Source: Candidatus Lloydbacteria bacterium
GTDB taxonomy: Bacteria; Patescibacteriota; Minisyncoccia; Phycocordibacterales; 21-14-all-47-15
Length of the DNA: 64,000 nucleotides
Assembly (NCBI GenBank): GCA_016214545.1
Contig: JACROH010000003.1
Span: 3,342-67,341, forward strand
Reading direction: 5' to 3'
The notes below the pieces were generated by a model. It was given only the letters and a program-made list of their open reading frames with translations. It had not been told where the DNA came from and did not search any database. This document shows, piece after piece, positions 53,733-63,551 of this stretch (position 1 is its first letter; every line of letters begins with the position of its first letter). A program made the position numbers and the translations under genes.

Positions 53733-53795
53733 AAATATATATGGATTATACCACATAACTCTAACCCTACCAACACGCAACCTAAAATATTCTGC

Positions 53796-54170
53796 CTAGT
53801 GAACCGACGCGGGAACGGAAGGGTCGGCCACTTTCGGCGCTTCGCGAGAAAGAGCCTCAAATTGTCGTGTCTTTTCTTCAAAATATCCGATTGCTTTTTC
53901 CATACGTTCTCTGTCTATGACAACCGGAAGAGAAGACGGGGGCCGTCGATTCTGGAAAATCCGCTCATTATCGATTTCAAAAAACAAATAAGCACTCCCG
54001 ATTGCCACAAAGACCGTCCCCACAATAGCCGAGACCAGGAGAACCTTCCAATCACGCGAAGCGGGGATAACTTCTTTGCGCTCATAAGAATCTTTTCTCC
54101 CAACAAACTTCAACAGTTGTTTGAAATTAAACGACTTCATATTATTTTTTATCACCGGCCCCCGTGGCAC
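53796..54170 (-). CDS. Single-pass membrane protein, last gene of the pilMNO-like cluster
   Basis: One TM helix (WKVLLVSAIVGTVFVAIGSAYLFF). It overlaps the upstream gene, implying operon membership. Confidence 0.45.
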   Translation of the reverse strand: MPRGPVIKNNMKSFNFKQLLKFVGRKDSYERKEVIPASRDWKVLLVSAIVGTVFVAIGSAYLFFEIDNERIFQNRRPPSSLPVVIDRERMEKAIGYFEEKTRQFEALSREAPKVADPSVPASVH

Positions 54171-54690
54171 TATTAAAACTCAACAAATCAAACGTGGCGA
54201 GCGCTTGCCATTCGTTCCCTTTTTTATCTTCAGGAAGTTTAAGAATGCTAACCTTTTCAAACACGGTCCGATACGGCAGTTTTTCCAGAAGCGTAAGAAA
54301 ATGAAAGACCTCGGAAAAAGCTCCCGTTGCTGAAATATCGAGCTTAAGCACCCCCCCCTCCACACTCACCGACTGCAGCAGAACCTGCGCGTGAGAAGAA
54401 ACACCGAGTGATTCGACTCGCTCTATAAAAGAAACGATGCCGTCTTCTGAAACAAAGAGTGCTGCAATTTGAGCACGGTCCCCTTCCGTATTTTGCACGC
54501 TGTTTTTCAACAAGCGAAGATTTTCTTCTTTATGAGTTTCCTCCGCAATCTCTCCCAACACAAACACGGCTTTATCAACCGTACGAACAACCCAAAATAC
54601 CAAAGCCGCATACACAGCAAACAGCGCGAGGGCCGATGTCCCGACGACAGAAGCTATTTTTTTTGTTTTTTGGTTTATATTCATAATCAA
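54142..54690 (-). CDS. PilO-like type IV pilus assembly protein
   Basis: N-terminal TM helix, coiled coil and a ferredoxin-like C-terminus. Position after the pilN-like gene. Confidence 0.5.
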   Translation of the reverse strand: MIMNINQKTKKIASVVGTSALALFAVYAALVFWVVRTVDKAVFVLGEIAEETHKEENLRLLKNSVQNTEGDRAQIAALFVSEDGIVSFIERVESLGVSSHAQVLLQSVSVEGGVLKLDISATGAFSEVFHFLTLLEKLPYRTVFEKVSILKLPEDKKGNEWQALATFDLLSFNSATGAGDKK

Positions 54691-54720
54691 TTTCTGTTTG
54701 GAAGCCCCTTTGACGGTAAC

Positions 54721-55275
54721 TTATTTGTCCCGCGGCTTTATCGTCAATGAAATAGTAAACAGAATATTCTTTTCCTGAACAAAATGGGACACGGGCAGCA
54801 CCGCTTCGGCAAAATATCCATTTGTTTCAAGAAACGTAACGTACGAAAGAAGCGCTTCGCGGCTTGCGGCAATCCCGCGCAGCGACACTTTATCGAGGGC
54901 GTTATTTTTCGCCTTTTCGTATAGCAGACCGGTGATCGCGATGTCTTCAGGCTTTGTGTTTAAAAGATACCGCGTCAACCCTCCGATAACCGGCATCGGG
55001 GAGGCGTCTTCTTCCAGGAGCTCAACATTTGCATTTGCCCGAGAGATGATATTTTGCATTTGCTCTTCGGCGTTTTGTGTCTGCCCGCCGCGCAAGAGCG
55101 CCAGTCGCATTTCAGATTCTTTTGCCTTAATAGACGAAAGGAGAAGCGAAGGCGCAAGGAGGATGCCGGCAAATATAATAATGGCAGCCAGCAAAAAAAA
55201 TATAATTACCGCGCGGCGAAGCCGGTACTCTTGGCGAATTTTTTCTTGCGACTCAGGTAAAAGAAGGTTGGCCAT
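54721..55275 (-). CDS. PilN-like type IV pilus assembly protein
   Basis: N-terminus NLLLPESQEKIRQEYRLRR followed by a TM helix is the PilN signature. Confidence 0.6.
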   Translation of the reverse strand: MANLLLPESQEKIRQEYRLRRAVIIFFLLAAIIIFAGILLAPSLLLSSIKAKESEMRLALLRGGQTQNAEEQMQNIISRANANVELLEEDASPMPVIGGLTRYLLNTKPEDIAITGLLYEKAKNNALDKVSLRGIAASREALLSYVTFLETNGYFAEAVLPVSHFVQEKNILFTISLTIKPRDK

Positions 55276-55298
55276 AATTAATAATGAAGTGAGATTAA

Positions 55299-56402
55299 TC
55301 AGTTGTTTGCAGACATCATCGCAAGACCTATTGCCGACGCATATCGAAGGGCCTCTTCAAGAGGAATGGTTGGGACATACTCATCAAATGAAATGATATT
55401 GACCCACGGGTTTGCAAGTGTTACCGGAATACCGAGGGATTGTTCGAGATATTCCGCAAACCCCGGAAGGTTGCTTCCCCCTCCGCTCATGATCACCCGC
55501 TCAACCGGCATTTTTTTGTTTTGGAGCGTTTCTTGATACGACAAATGCTGACGTATTTTTTCTTCTATCGGCTTAAGCTGTTTCAAAATTTCTTCCGCGA
55601 CCTCTTTATGCGACGAGGGAGGAACAACCCCGTATAAGCATTTGACCTGTTCCGCTTTTGCAAGGGGGAGCGAGAGCGCTTCGCCAAGCGCCTGCGTAAT
55701 TGACTCGCCTCCAAACTCAAAAGAGGAAGTAAACCATACCGAGCCCTCGTGAACAATGGCAAAGGTTGTCTCCCGTTTCCCGATATCGACGACAAGCGCC
55801 GTCCCCGGGGCGCCCTCTTGCACAATCGCTCGCGCAAGCGCTTGCTCTTCTGCTTCAAAAGCAAGCGGCAACATTCCCGCATTTCTAAAAACCGACTCAT
55901 ACGTCCGAGCAAATGCCTGCGAGGCCGCCGATACCTGCACGCGGGCAATCCCTTGTTTTTCTGAAACACCGGCAACATCAAAATCAAAAACGGATTCTGC
56001 GCGCCTCATCGGTACATATTCTTCAAATTGGGATTCAATCGTCTCGCGCAAAGATTCCCTCGGCGCAAGAGGGAGTGAACGCTCCAAGAGATACGCCTCT
56101 TTTTCGGGAAAAGAGGCCCGAACAAAAGAAAGGTTATGTTTTGTTTGGAGAGACGAAAGCGCTTTTTCAACCAGAGCGGCATTTTGAATAACTCCGTTTG
56201 AAATAGCGCCGCTCGGAATAATTTCTTCTCCAAATCTGCCTATTCGCATACCACTTGGCGTGGCTACCAGCTCAATACACTTTACCGAATCATCGGAAAC
56301 AGCAACTCCTGCCGGCAGCATGCTTAAAAATTTCGGGGGCGGAAAAAAATCAAAAAAACCGCGATGTTTCGATAGGACCTTCATATCGTAAGTATACCGC
56401 AC
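55299..56402 (-). CDS. pilM: PilM-like type IV pilus assembly ATPase-fold protein
   Basis: Actin/FtsA-like fold pattern (DIGKRETTFAIV...MSGGGSNLPGFAEYLE). GTG at 56402 or ATG at 56384. Confidence 0.75.
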   Translation of the reverse strand: MRYTYDMKVLSKHRGFFDFFPPPKFLSMLPAGVAVSDDSVKCIELVATPSGMRIGRFGEEIIPSGAISNGVIQNAALVEKALSSLQTKHNLSFVRASFPEKEAYLLERSLPLAPRESLRETIESQFEEYVPMRRAESVFDFDVAGVSEKQGIARVQVSAASQAFARTYESVFRNAGMLPLAFEAEEQALARAIVQEGAPGTALVVDIGKRETTFAIVHEGSVWFTSSFEFGGESITQALGEALSLPLAKAEQVKCLYGVVPPSSHKEVAEEILKQLKPIEEKIRQHLSYQETLQNKKMPVERVIMSGGGSNLPGFAEYLEQSLGIPVTLANPWVNIISFDEYVPTIPLEEALRYASAIGLAMMSANN

Positions 56403-56457
56403 AATAACGCTTCTTTAAACACTCTGCGTGAAATATTCGCAAGCCTGAAAGCGGTGG

Positions 56458-58038
56458 CTATCGCTGCCGATACTGGAGCGCTTCGAGAAGGTGCCCTTCA
56501 CCGATATTTTCCTCTCCCGCCAAATCGGCAATCGTCCGCGCCAATTTTAATATTTTATGATACCCGCGGGCCGATACACTTAAGCGTTCCGCCGAAGCGG
56601 ACAAGAGTCGTTTCACGGGAGGAGAGAGAGCTAACCCCGAAATATCGCGTGCCGTCATCGCGCTGTTGAGCCGGCGCACTCTCCTTTTTCTGTCGGTGCT
56701 TTTTTCCGCCGCAAAACGTTTTTCTTGCGCCGCTCGGGCACTGGCAACCTGCCCCCGAAACAGCTCGGTTTCATTTTTCACGCTCTTTTGTTCTGCAAGC
56801 TCAGCGTAATCCACATCCCCCACCTGCACCCACACATCGATACGGTCTATTATAGGCCCGGATACTTTACGCTGGTATCGGGCAATGTCTCCGGCAGAGC
56901 AAACACATTGTTTTTTTGACGAGCCGGCGTACCCGCACGGACACGGATTCATCGCCGCCACAAGAATAAAATCGGCCGGAAACAGCGCGGAGGATTTCGC
57001 GCGAGAAACCGAAACGACTTTGTCCTCAAGCGGCTGACGGAGCGCTTCGATTACCCGCCGTTCAAATTCAGGAAATTCATCGGCAAAAAGAACCCCTCGG
57101 TGCGCGAGCGTGATTTCTCCCGGACGAGGAAACGCCCCTCCACCGACGAGAGACACGTACGACGCCGTGTGGTGTGGAGCGCGAAACGGAGGTGTCGTAA
57201 TAAGATTTTTTTCGAGCGCTCCCGCGATGGAATGAATACCGCTGACCTCAAGTACTTCATCAAAAGAGAGCGGCGGCAAAATTCCCGCAAACGCGCGGGC
57301 AAGCATTGTCTTCCCTGTCCCGGGCGGACCATGTAGTAATATGTTGTGCCCTCCGGCCGCCGCAATAAGAAGACCTCTTTTGGCCGCGGCCTGCCCCTTA
57401 ATGTCCGAAAAATCAAACGGCGCATCAATGATGTGTTCAAAAGAAGAAAGTTCGGTTTTATCGTGCGGCAAAAGAGAAATAAACAACTCTTCGTGCGAGC
57501 GGCGAGACGCAACCGGTGAACAGTCCAAGTGACTGATAATTTCTTTCAGATGTTTTGCGGGGAAAATACTGACGCCGTCGATGGCAGCGGCTTCGCGGGC
57601 ATTTTCGTAGGGAAGAAAAATTTCCGTCAATCCGCGTTTTTTTGCCTCGGCAACAAGCGGGAGTGCCCCGCGGATCGGACGCAACGCCCCATCAAGAGAA
57701 AGTTCCCCAAAAAAAAGTTTTCCTGACGGGTCAAAAGAAATATCGCCGGCCGATAAAAGATATGACATAGCGATTGCGGTATCAAAAAGCGGACCCTCTT
57801 TTCTCAAGTCCGCAGGAGCAAGCGATATGACAATTTTTTGATTGTGCGATTTCGGAGAAATGAATCCTGAATTTTTTATTGCAGCCGACACTCTATCCCG
57901 CGATTCTTCTACGGCCTTGTCGGGGAGACCCACAATCGCAAATGCGTGCAGCGTCTTTTTTGAAATATCCGTTTCTACATCAATAATCCGCGCGCCAATA
58001 CCCACCGGCTGCGCAGAATATACTTTGGAGAATGACAT
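56458..58038 (-). CDS. comM: ComM/YifB-family Mg-chelatase-like AAA+ protein
   Basis: Start at the ATG at 58038 (MSFSKVYSA...). Walker A LHGPPGTGKTM, and a C-terminal Mg-chelatase subunit ChlI-like region. Confidence 0.88.
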   Translation of the reverse strand: MSFSKVYSAQPVGIGARIIDVETDISKKTLHAFAIVGLPDKAVEESRDRVSAAIKNSGFISPKSHNQKIVISLAPADLRKEGPLFDTAIAMSYLLSAGDISFDPSGKLFFGELSLDGALRPIRGALPLVAEAKKRGLTEIFLPYENAREAAAIDGVSIFPAKHLKEIISHLDCSPVASRRSHEELFISLLPHDKTELSSFEHIIDAPFDFSDIKGQAAAKRGLLIAAAGGHNILLHGPPGTGKTMLARAFAGILPPLSFDEVLEVSGIHSIAGALEKNLITTPPFRAPHHTASYVSLVGGGAFPRPGEITLAHRGVLFADEFPEFERRVIEALRQPLEDKVVSVSRAKSSALFPADFILVAAMNPCPCGYAGSSKKQCVCSAGDIARYQRKVSGPIIDRIDVWVQVGDVDYAELAEQKSVKNETELFRGQVASARAAQEKRFAAEKSTDRKRRVRRLNSAMTARDISGLALSPPVKRLLSASAERLSVSARGYHKILKLARTIADLAGEENIGEGHLLEALQYRQR

Positions 58039-58103
58039 GGTTTGGGTGTAACCGTTAAGCCGATTGGTGGGCGTAATAATGAGACTGAACGACAAAGACG
58101 AGA

Positions 58104-58478
58104 TTACGGGAGAGGTTCGTTGATATGGGCTTTGCAGGTGCGTGCCGCAGGATTTGCCATAAGCCGGTCGTGTTCAATTTTTTCTCCTCCAATTTCGCAC
58201 ACTCCATAGGTCCCCGCTTCCATCCGGTCAAACGCGCTTGCAATCTCATTGAGACGGTTCTCAAGTGTTACTTCAATCGCTGCGTTTGTTTCAAATTCTT
58301 CGATGCGGTCGGCGCGTTCGTTTTTGTCCGCCTCTGAAATATCCATTTTTGCAGGCTCTCCTTCCCAATCAGCCGGATTATCAGGATTCACATGTCCGAC
58401 CTGAGAAAGCTCCCGCTCAAGAAGTTTTTTTTCTTCCGCGAGTTTACTTTTAAAAAAAGGAATGTCTATGTTTGTCAT
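58104..58478 (-). CDS. DksA/TraR-family protein (degenerate zinc finger)
   Basis: Coiled-coil N-terminus, then GTYGVCEIGGEKIEHDRLMANPAARTCKAH. Only two Cys are retained. Confidence 0.55.
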   Translation of the reverse strand: MTNIDIPFFKSKLAEEKKLLERELSQVGHVNPDNPADWEGEPAKMDISEADKNERADRIEEFETNAAIEVTLENRLNEIASAFDRMEAGTYGVCEIGGEKIEHDRLMANPAARTCKAHINEPLP

Positions 58479-58563
58479 ACTAGTTATCATAACAGAAATT
58501 GAACGGAAACAACTTCTTGACAACAAAAGAAAAGATAGGGGCGGTGAAAAAATCCCCGCTCTT

Positions 58564-59505
58564 TCATTGTACCGCCGGTTTCGGCGTTTTTAATCGGTCT
58601 ATAATTTCCTTGAAAGTATCCTGACTGGTGGTAATCACCAGAGTATTGCGATCGGGAAAAGCATAGAGCAAGACAATGTCCCCCATTTTGTTTCGCAGCA
58701 CCCGTGTGTCTTGATTAATAAAAAGGTAATCTTCAAAATGTTCCGCCTGGGTGAGTGTTTTTAACACTTCTCCTTTGCCAAAGAGCGGCAAGAGGTCGTC
58801 GGCCATAAAGGTTTCCCATTTGAGCATGCCGGAAAACGCGTTTTCAAAAGAATTGAGTCGAATAATGAGAAAAGGAATGTTGCCATTAAATGCGTGAATA
58901 CCCAACATATAGTCTCCTTCAAACGACCGCAAAAGCGACGGCTGGATATGCTCCAAAGAAAGCGAGAAAAAATCTCTGACGGGGACAAGCTCCTTTGCCC
59001 CTCCGATGACCTTGGTAAAAAAAAGATTCTCTATGAAGTCGAGCCTGACATTCGCTCCTTGTATTTCTTTTCCAATTTTTGGAACAAGGGTGTCGCGAGT
59101 TTCTCCGTCAAAAGACATTTCTCTTTGGGAATTTACAAAAATAACATTCGGCACGGCAAAGGACGTGGGTCCCGTAGGCGCAGTTTCTTGTTTTCCAAAA
59201 AATAAAATGGCGAACACCCCGATCCCGATAACCCCCAAAGAAACCGCGGCGACCAAAAGCCATTTCTTTTTTCTTGCCGTGTCGGCGTCCGGTTCAAACA
59301 CCACGTCATGCTCTTGGCGGCGTCTTTCTTCCGCCGCGGCGATGCTGACGACTGACCCTTTTTTCTCTTTGAGAGCGGCCGCGAGGTCAGATTGATACGT
59401 ACGAACAATCGGCTTTGAGGAGACCACTTCGTTTTGAGGTGTTTGATTTTGATTATTTTCCGGTTCCATAGATTGGGTTTCTTTTATTTTACCATTTTGT
59501 TGCAA
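58564..59505 (-). CDS. Hypothetical membrane-anchored protein
   Basis: One TM helix (WLLVAAVSLGVIGIGVFAILFF). No family recognised. Confidence 0.45.
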   Translation of the reverse strand: MQQNGKIKETQSMEPENNQNQTPQNEVVSSKPIVRTYQSDLAAALKEKKGSVVSIAAAEERRRQEHDVVFEPDADTARKKKWLLVAAVSLGVIGIGVFAILFFGKQETAPTGPTSFAVPNVIFVNSQREMSFDGETRDTLVPKIGKEIQGANVRLDFIENLFFTKVIGGAKELVPVRDFFSLSLEHIQPSLLRSFEGDYMLGIHAFNGNIPFLIIRLNSFENAFSGMLKWETFMADDLLPLFGKGEVLKTLTQAEHFEDYLFINQDTRVLRNKMGDIVLLYAFPDRNTLVITTSQDTFKEIIDRLKTPKPAVQ

Positions 59506-59596
59506 TTATTAAAAAGTTTTGGCGTGTGCGAATAAACAAAAAAATCGGCAAAGGACGGTCCTTTACCGATTTTTCCGGGCTTATACAGTGGGAACC

Positions 59597-61816
59597 TTAA
59601 CGACTGAAATGTGTATTGCCGCGGGAGTGGTTATCACGATGATATGGCTTGCGTCCGCTGTTTCCATTGCCGTTTTCATAGGAACCCATCGGCGCGGGTT
59701 TCACCCCTTTGCGTGAAGCGAATTCAAGGTCCGCATCTTTGATAGACAATTTTATTTTTCCGCTCTCGTCGGTTTCTTTCACAATAACCGGCACAATTTC
59801 GCCCAAAGAAACTACTTCTTCAACGCGCCCCACGCGAAACGGCGCCATTTCAGAAACATGCACAAGCCCTTCGCGCCCCGCCCCGACTTCAACGAGCGCT
59901 CCGAAGTCAAAGAGCTTCGTTACTTTTCCGTGAAACATCTCTCCTGCGTGATATTCGCGCGTCATGTCGTTGATAATTTTGTGCGCTTTTTCGGCAGTGC
60001 CGTTTTTGCCAGTGATATAGACCGTGCCGTCATCCGAAATATCAATCGCGAGAACCCCGGTCTCTTCTTTTATTTTATTGATTACCTTTCCTCCCGGCCC
60101 GATGACCGCGCCAATCTTACCAGCATCAATTTTAAGCATCAAAATTTTTGGCGCGTACGGAGAAATGTCCGACCGGGGCTCGGCAATCGCCTTGGTCATC
60201 ACCGCAAGAATTTTTAACCGCGCCTCGCGCGCCTCTTCAAGCGCTTCCCGTAAAATAGAAACCGGAATGCTGTCCACCTTAATATCAAGCTGAATCGCCG
60301 TCACCCCTTCGCTCGTGCCCGCCACTTTGAAATCCATATCTCCGTGATGGTCTTCCGGCCCCTGGATATCCGTGAGAATTTTGTAGGCGCCGTCCGAGCG
60401 CGACATAAGCCCCATGGCAATACCGGCGACAGGTCGTTTGATGGGCACTCCTGCGTCCATGAGCGCAAGCGAACTTCCGCAGACCGAACCCATGGAAGTG
60501 GAGCCGTTTGACGCCATTGATTCTGAAACGATGCGAATAGTATATGGAAATAGTTCCTGCGAAGGAACGACAGCGGCAAGCGCGCGCTCGGCGAGGGCTC
60601 CGTGTCCTATCATGCGGCGGTTGGTATTGCCGACGCGCCCCGTCTCCCCCGAAGAAAATGGCGGAAAATTGTAATGGTGCATGAAACGTTTTTTCGCGTG
60701 CACTTCCATTCCTTCAATCACCTGCGAATCCCCGGGGCCTCCCAAGGTAAGTGCCGACAAAATGTGTGTTCCCCCGCGGTAAAAAATTCCCGTTCCGTGA
60801 AGCACCGGTGAAATGCCTCCCGCCTGTGCTTGGATCTCGCGCAAGGCGTCCATCGCGCGCCCGTCCGCGCGGCGATTCCTCTCTATCGCCTCTTCGTGCA
60901 GTATTTCGTCCACCATCTCTTCAAAATAGTGAGACGCGAGCGCTTTATTCGCCTCCGGAAGTTCTTCGGCAAGCAACCCTTCCCACTGTCCCATGAGTGC
61001 GTTCATGCCGGTGTATCCCGCGCCGTGCGAAAATATCGCCGCGTCAAGTTTCGGCAATATTTTTTCGGCAAAAAGCTCTTTGACATCGTCAAACACTTCT
61101 TCTTTTTCAAGAATTATTTTTTCTTTTCCGATTTCTTTGATTATTTTTTTCTGAAACGTCTGTAGTTTTTCAATTTCTTCAACGGCTTTTTCAAATACGT
61201 CGCCCACGAAGGACTCCGTCATTTCAAACACGCCTCCTTCAATCATGACGATTTTCCCGTCTTTGCCGGAAACAATGAAATCAAGTTCCGAGTCGGGGCT
61301 GTTTCTGAAATCGTATCGCGGATTCACTTCCAAAGAATCTTTTCCTTTGTGCTTGCCTATGCGCACCGCCGATACCGGACCGTTCCATGGAATGTTTGAG
61401 GTCGCGAGCGCCAAAGACGCCGCGTTGAGCGCCAAAATATCGGGGTCATCTTCCGCAATGGAGAGCACCGTGATAATGACCTGTAAATCATTCCGGAGCG
61501 ATTGGTCAAAAAGGGGTCGAATCGTGCGGTCAATCACCCGACCGGTTAAAATCGCCTCATCGGAAGGTTTCCCTTCCCGCCGCACGAAGCGGCTCCCCAA
61601 AATCGCCCCCGCCGCGTAAAACCTCTCTTCGTAATCAACGGTGAGCGGAAAGAAATCAAGTTCGTTTCGCCGTTCGGGAGACATCACCGCCGTGGCAAGC
61701 ACCGTCGTGTTGCCGTATGAAAGAATGACCGACCCGTTTGCCTGGTCTGCTAAATCGGAGAAAGTCGCAGTCAGTGTTTTCCCGCCAATCTCCGTAGAAA
61801 ACTCTTTTTTCTGCAT
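59597..61816 (-). CDS. pnp: Polyribonucleotide nucleotidyltransferase (PNPase)
   Basis: Start at the ATG at 61816 (MQKKEFSTEIGGKTL). Two RNase PH domains, KH, and S1 (GKVTKLFDFGALVEV). Confidence 0.96.
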   Translation of the reverse strand: MQKKEFSTEIGGKTLTATFSDLADQANGSVILSYGNTTVLATAVMSPERRNELDFFPLTVDYEERFYAAGAILGSRFVRREGKPSDEAILTGRVIDRTIRPLFDQSLRNDLQVIITVLSIAEDDPDILALNAASLALATSNIPWNGPVSAVRIGKHKGKDSLEVNPRYDFRNSPDSELDFIVSGKDGKIVMIEGGVFEMTESFVGDVFEKAVEEIEKLQTFQKKIIKEIGKEKIILEKEEVFDDVKELFAEKILPKLDAAIFSHGAGYTGMNALMGQWEGLLAEELPEANKALASHYFEEMVDEILHEEAIERNRRADGRAMDALREIQAQAGGISPVLHGTGIFYRGGTHILSALTLGGPGDSQVIEGMEVHAKKRFMHHYNFPPFSSGETGRVGNTNRRMIGHGALAERALAAVVPSQELFPYTIRIVSESMASNGSTSMGSVCGSSLALMDAGVPIKRPVAGIAMGLMSRSDGAYKILTDIQGPEDHHGDMDFKVAGTSEGVTAIQLDIKVDSIPVSILREALEEAREARLKILAVMTKAIAEPRSDISPYAPKILMLKIDAGKIGAVIGPGGKVINKIKEETGVLAIDISDDGTVYITGKNGTAEKAHKIINDMTREYHAGEMFHGKVTKLFDFGALVEVGAGREGLVHVSEMAPFRVGRVEEVVSLGEIVPVIVKETDESGKIKLSIKDADLEFASRKGVKPAPMGSYENGNGNSGRKPYHRDNHSRGNTHFSR

Positions 61817-62001
61817 AGCTATGTGGCTGCCCTTCGAATGGAAGCATTGAACACCCATTCAATACTCGGTATCCGGAGGCCAGCGATTATTCTTGATAAA
61901 GACTTCCTTTGTTGTAGCAGATTCTTATTAAGGATACAACCAATAACAAACACGAGCGATTTTTTACTAAAAAATATTTTTATAAAAATTGAAAAAGAAA
62001 A

Positions 62002-62045
62002 GACCTCTTTATAAAATTCGAATCGAATTATAAAGAGGTCTTTTT
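62002..62045. terminator. Bidirectional terminator
   Basis: 13-bp stem GACCTCTTTATAA/TTATAAAGAGGTC with A-run and T-run flanks. Confidence 0.75.
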
Positions 62046-62064
62046 ATTTGATCATAGTTCGGCT

Positions 62065-62352
62065 TCACCCGAAGTGCCGGAGGTAGAATATAAGCGCAAT
62101 GGTCGCCGCACTAATGAGAGAGCTTAACCCAAGACACGTCATAAACATTCTATTTCTCTTGAAGTAGCCCTCGAACGAGAAAGCGACTTGGATGAAAAAA
62201 TAGGTAACGAACATCTCAAGAGACAGCCCTTCGACATTTTTGGTTTGAATGATTCTTATCAACTGCGGGAGCATTGCCACAACGTTGATAAAACCAAAAG
62301 CCCAAATAATAAACTCCCAGTGGATCTTCTTTGCCACTTCTTCTCTTCTCAT
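62065..62352 (-). CDS. SemiSWEET/PQ-loop family small transporter (3 TM)
   Basis: MLPQLIRIIQTKNVEGLS PQ-loop motif; 95 aa. Confidence 0.55.
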   Translation of the reverse strand: MRREEVAKKIHWEFIIWAFGFINVVAMLPQLIRIIQTKNVEGLSLEMFVTYFFIQVAFSFEGYFKRNRMFMTCLGLSSLISAATIALIFYLRHFG

Positions 62353-62519
62353 TTGATTTTCCTCCCCTTTCAGGTTTTTTATTGTGAATGTTCACTATAA
62401 ATTTTCTCGTTATGGTTTAGCACGTTCTGTTTATTTTGTCAACCCCCTAATGTTCTTAAAAACAAACAAAAACGCCCTTGTTTCAAGGGCGTTTTTGTAT
62501 AGTCCTATTTTAATCTCTC

Positions 62520-63044
62520 TTACTTCCTCCCCCGTCCGCCGCCGATCAAATAATTTTTCGGATTTTCGCAGAGGTCAATGAAATCATCTGCCGCTTCTTT
62601 CAGGCGAAGCGACGAAGATTTGCCAAACGACACCACTTCCACCTGCACGCCGGCATGGTATTTCAAAAACTCCACAAGCGGGATGAAATCGCCGTCTCCG
62701 GAGACAATCACCACCGCGTCAAGCTTTGACGAAAGGCGTATCGCGTCTACCGCGAGCCCCACGTCCCAATCCGCCTTTTTTGCTCCGCCGTAAAACACCT
62801 GCAAATCTTTAGTCATAACCTCAATCCCCATTTTGCCAAGTGCCTCAAAAAAATTCTTCTCTTCGCCCGATTCCGTCGTTACCACGTAGGCAAGCGCGCG
62901 AATGAGGTTGCGTCCCGCGACGGCCTCTTTCAGCACCGCGTCAAAATTGACCCGCTGTTTGTATAAATTTTTTGCCGTGTGGTAGAGATTTTGCGTATCA
63001 ATAAAAACACCCACCCGTTGGTCTTTATGCTTAATAACTGGCAT
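62520..63044 (-). CDS. NYN-domain (LabA/DUF88-like) protein
   Basis: RVGVFIDTQNLYH...VIVSGDGDFIPLVEFLK. Confidence 0.65.
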   Translation of the reverse strand: MPVIKHKDQRVGVFIDTQNLYHTAKNLYKQRVNFDAVLKEAVAGRNLIRALAYVVTTESGEEKNFFEALGKMGIEVMTKDLQVFYGGAKKADWDVGLAVDAIRLSSKLDAVVIVSGDGDFIPLVEFLKYHAGVQVEVVSFGKSSSLRLKEAADDFIDLCENPKNYLIGGGRGRK

Positions 63045-63153
63045 ATTCGATAGTATTAAAAATAAATGATAATGATATTAAAAAAAATAAAAACGACCGC
63101 ATAGTAAGCATAGCATAATTGTCATTAAAAAAATAATCCGCCCAGGAGGCGGA

Positions 63154-63420
63154 TTATTTTTTTAATTTGAGCTTCTTGGTAATTTTTCCATAGCGAGACT
63201 CGTCTTTCTTTTGGAGATATTTCATGTGCTTGCGACGATCGGCAACCATTTTAAGAAGCCCGCGGCGCGAATGATTGTCTTTTTTATTTTTTTTCAAGTG
63301 TGCCGAAAGACGGGCAATTTGTTCGGTTAATACCGCAATTTGCACCTCTGGGGAACCGGTATCTTTTTCATGAATACGGCTCTCTTTTACCACTTTTTCT
63401 TTTCGGCTCTTCGTTAACAT
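63154..63420 (-). CDS. rpsO: 30S ribosomal protein uS15
   Basis: [38 protein letters not shown]. Confidence 0.95.
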   Translation of the reverse strand: MLTKSRKEKVVKESRIHEKDTGSPEVQIAVLTEQIARLSAHLKKNKKDNHSRRGLLKMVADRRKHMKYLQKKDESRYGKITKKLKLKK

Positions 63421-63551
63421 TTTTTCATGCTAACACATATTAAATCTTTTTGCAATAATCCTTTACGCTTGCGTAAAAGATTCCTTCCTCTATCATGGTA
63501 AAAGAAGGTTTCTCTTGAAAAATAACGTTCTTATCCAACGGAGGTCCCTGC

